Assembly: GCA_021799555.1 (NCBI GenBank)
Contig: JAJZAG010000002.1
Location: 1 to 45,102, forward strand
Source: Deltaproteobacteria bacterium
GTDB lineage: Bacteria; Desulfobacterota; Binatia; Binatales; Binataceae
Direction of reading: 5' to 3'
DNA length: 45,102 bases
How positions within the stretch are numbered: the stretch's first letter is position 1; the number at the start of each line of letters is the position of its first letter. This document shows positions 42,675 through 45,102 of this stretch, piece after piece. Below the pieces are notes generated by a model. That model worked only from the letters and a program-made list of their open reading frames with translations. It was not told the origin of the DNA and made no database searches. The position numbers and the translations under genes are program-made.

Positions 42675-45102
42675 ATGCGCCCCAAATCCAGTCTGGTCAC
42701 CTCAAAGTCCAGTTCATTCACCTTGCTTCTCTTATTCGCGCTCCTGATCGTGGGAGCGATGTCACTGGCTTCAATACTGACCTACTCGGAACCGCTCGCC
42801 GTTCACTCGAAGCATCCGCATCGGAGTGCGATCGCCAAGGGGGACGCCACCCGGAAAATTGATGGGATGCCGATCTACTTTGAGCGCAATGACGGTCAGA
42901 CCGATCCCCGCGTCAAATTCCTTTCCCATTCGGGTCGCTACAGCTTGTTTTTGACCGAGGACTCGACGGTTATTTCGCTCATCGGCGGTGAGGTGCGCAA
43001 AGGGCCTGAAATTGCCACTTTTAACCCTCACAGCCTCGGTACGACCGATGGTCTCGTCGAGTCGGCGGTTCGCATTCGGATGGTTGACGCCAACCCGCAT
43101 CCCGTAATTTCCGGCATGGACCAACTCGCGGGACGGGTAAATTATCTGATCGGAAACGACCCGACGAAATTTCACAGAAACGTGCCGACCTTCGGACGCG
43201 TTAAGCTCAGCGCCGTGTATCCGGGCGTCGATGTCGTCTATTACGGCGCCGGTGGCGTGCTCGAATACGATATTATCGCAGCCCCCGGGGCCGACACCTC
43301 CAAAATAAAATTTGCGGTAGAGGGTCCTGCAGAGACCGCGATCGACTCGGCAGGTAATCTCGAAATCAAAACCGCGGCCGGCGTCGTGATGATGCGCAAG
43401 CCCGTCGTTTATCAGCCGGCTCAAGATGGCAGCCGGATCACGGTGGCCAGCTCACTCGAACTTGCGAATGATGCGGTTATCAAGGCGGGCGTGCGCACAC
43501 GACAAGTCGCTGTTCGGCTCGCCTCGTACGACCACTCTCGGCCGATCGTGATTGACCCTCCGATCGTCGCCTACTCGACATACCTGGGTGGAGACGCATC
43601 AAGCCAAGGTCAAGTAAACCTTGAACAGTTTTCCGGGATCACCGGAAACACACCATTGGTTGTCGCCGACGTGGGGCTCGACGTCGCGCTCGATCCTTCA
43701 AATAACGCGTACGTGACTGGAGTCGCATACTCCAACGATTTTCCAACGGCGAACGCTTACCAGACGTCACAGAATGGGTTCGGGCAGCCTCCAGTTCAGA
43801 ATCCAACAACATTTATTTCGAAATTCGACTATAGCCAATCGGGCAGCGCTTCTCTGGTCTACTCGACTTATCTCGGCGGAAGCGGCGATACCAACATCAG
43901 CGATGCGGGACACGGCAACGGCGATTTGGCATTCGGGATCGCGGTGGACTCGAGCGGTCAGGCGTACATTGTAGGACAGACCTATTCGAAGGACTTTCCC
44001 GGCACTTCGAGTTGCGGAAGCTTCGGGAGCAGCAACGACCAATTGAAGACTGACGTCAACGTCGGATTTATCGCCAAGCTGAATTCCAGCGGTGATGGCT
44101 TGGTGTACTCGTGTTATATCGACGGGCGGGACAACGCGACCGAATCTCGGGTAGCACTCTACCCGGCAGGATGCGGCGGGACCAGTTGCAAGGCCTACAT
44201 TTCCGGATCGACACAGAGCGACGGCAGTACCGGCTTTCCCGTGACCAGCGGCGCCTTTCAAAGCACCCTCAACACGACCAACGGTAAGAGCAATGCAACG
44301 TTTGTTGTCGTGCATGAAGATGGCCAGTCGCTCGATTACGCAACCCTCTACGGGGGTTCCGGAAACGGCACCAACGGCGACGCTGGTATCGCCGTCGCGG
44401 TGGATTCGAGCGGCAACGGATACATCACCGGCGCAACCTACTCGAGTAACCTGACTACCAAGAATCCCGCGATCGCCAATTACGCCGGCGGCGGCAACGG
44501 GACTAGCAACGCGTTTATCGCCGAATTCGCGCCCTCTCAGACCGGCGTGAATTCGCTCGTCTACGCCACCTATCTTGGCGGCAACGGCTCAGTGGGGACA
44601 ATCAGCCTTCTTGGCTCACCGCTACTGTCGTTGGGGTTCGGGGATGTAGGCACAGGAATCACGGTCGATAATTCAGGCAACATTTGGGTGACCGGTCCCA
44701 CCGCGTCAACCGATTTTCCGGTTCCAGGGACCAACGATAATTACTTCTACGGTTCGAATTACGCTAACATTGATTCTGGAGCACCCGCATCAACCGGTTT
44801 CGTCACCGAACTGGATACGAGTCAGAGCGGCTCGCAGCAGATTATTTATTCGACGTACTTTGGCGGAGGTGGCACCTATTTACAACCGCCATCACCAGCC
44901 TCCGGTCAGATCGGCTTCGGCGATATTCCAACGGATATCCAAGTAGCGGATGGAAAGGTTTATATATCCGGCGCAACCGCGAGCGGTGCGGTTTCCAACG
45001 GGTTTCCGTTGAGCAGTAATGTTTCTTCATGCAGCGAGTTGAACTTGAATCACAGTGTCGGAATCCCGATCAGCTTCACTGCCGGCTCTCAGACCTATAC
45101 CG
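42675..45102 (+). CDS. large secreted/surface SBBP (beta-propeller) repeat protein, 5' part (3' end outside window)
   Basis: This CDS is not in the ORF track because the frame has no stop before the window end. ATG 42675 gives MRPKSSLVTSKSSSFTLLLLFALLIVGAMSLASIL (signal/anchor). IDGMPIYFERNDGQTDPRVKFLSHSGRYSLFLT follows, and then at least 5 repeats of the form (V/I)YSTYLGG.G...G.GIAVDSSG.AY(I/V).G.TYS.DFP. I checked by hand that the frame is open from 43560 to 45101. The antisense ORFs 42771-43424 and 43767-44315 are spurious. Confidence 0.8.
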   Translation, partial: MRPKSSLVTSKSSSFTLLLLFALLIVGAMSLASILTYSEPLAVHSKHPHRSAIAKGDATRKIDGMPIYFERNDGQTDPRVKFLSHSGRYSLFLTEDSTVISLIGGEVRKGPEIATFNPHSLGTTDGLVESAVRIRMVDANPHPVISGMDQLAGRVNYLIGNDPTKFHRNVPTFGRVKLSAVYPGVDVVYYGAGGVLEYDIIAAPGADTSKIKFAVEGPAETAIDSAGNLEIKTAAGVVMMRKPVVYQPAQDGSRITVASSLELANDAVIKAGVRTRQVAVRLASYDHSRPIVIDPPIVAYSTYLGGDASSQGQVNLEQFSGITGNTPLVVADVGLDVALDPSNNAYVTGVAYSNDFPTANAYQTSQNGFGQPPVQNPTTFISKFDYSQSGSASLVYSTYLGGSGDTNISDAGHGNGDLAFGIAVDSSGQAYIVGQTYSKDFPGTSSCGSFGSSNDQLKTDVNVGFIAKLNSSGDGLVYSCYIDGRDNATESRVALYPAGCGGTSCKAYISGSTQSDGSTGFPVTSGAFQSTLNTTNGKSNATFVVVHEDGQSLDYATLYGGSGNGTNGDAGIAVAVDSSGNGYITGATYSSNLTTKNPAIANYAGGGNGTSNAFIAEFAPSQTGVNSLVYATYLGGNGSVGTISLLGSPLLSLGFGDVGTGITVDNSGNIWVTGPTASTDFPVPGTNDNYFYGSNYANIDSGAPASTGFVTELDTSQSGSQQIIYSTYFGGGGTYLQPPSPASGQIGFGDIPTDIQVADGKVYISGATASGAVSNGFPLSSNVSSCSELNLNHSVGIPISFTAGSQTYT

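Noticed and set aside
42771-44315. Minus-strand ORFs 42771-43424 (217 aa) and 43767-44315 (182 aa)
   Set aside because: They are antisense to the continuous plus-strand SBBP-repeat frame, whose repeated YSTYLGG…DSSG…DFP units are unmistakable. The minus-strand translations have no motifs.

Overview
This is a 45.1-kb, gene-dense, high-GC (roughly 60-65% by eye) bacterial chromosomal segment. It holds about 45 protein-coding genes, and I found no rRNA, tRNA or CRISPR array. CDS coordinates include the stop codon, as in the ORF track.

Gene content in order:
- Tandem alpha/beta hydrolases, a GNAT acetyltransferase and an esterase.
- A decayed IS3-family transposase fragment.
- A thioredoxin-like protein, a sirtuin, a CDGSH protein, an EamA transporter and uppP.
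- Small lipoproteins, glyA and an LLM-class (F420-type) oxidoreductase.
- A low-GC orphan ORF carrying an R-N-x3-H (HEPN-like) motif.
- A cluster at 14.7-23.9 kb: TetR, aryl-AMP ligase, PqqC-like haem-oxygenase-fold protein, NTF2-like protein, PaaA-like di-iron protein, three SDRs, a tandem-hotdog protein and a Zn-ADH.
- The SOS-mutagenesis cassette imuA-imuB-dnaE2 (24.0-30.6 kb, minus strand).
- A VOC protein and a polyprenyl synthase.
- The F420 biosynthesis genes cofG-cofH-cofD-cofE.
- BON and TRIC membrane proteins and a second LLM oxidoreductase.
- An E1alpha/E1beta/E2 2-oxoacid dehydrogenase operon.
- The first 2.4 kb of a large SBBP beta-propeller repeat protein. The ORF track misses it because it runs off the window.

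The most striking observation is a ~150-175 bp hairpin-ended, MITE/REP-like repeat. It is present four times, plus one solo end, all in the same orientation and the same reading frame. It sits inside imuA, inside imuB and twice inside dnaE2, and nowhere else in the window.

A second, unrelated palindromic repeat family (GTCATYYYGAG...) occupies three intergenic sites.

Everything here rests on reading the sequence and on family motifs. No database search was possible, so all product names are motif-based inferences.
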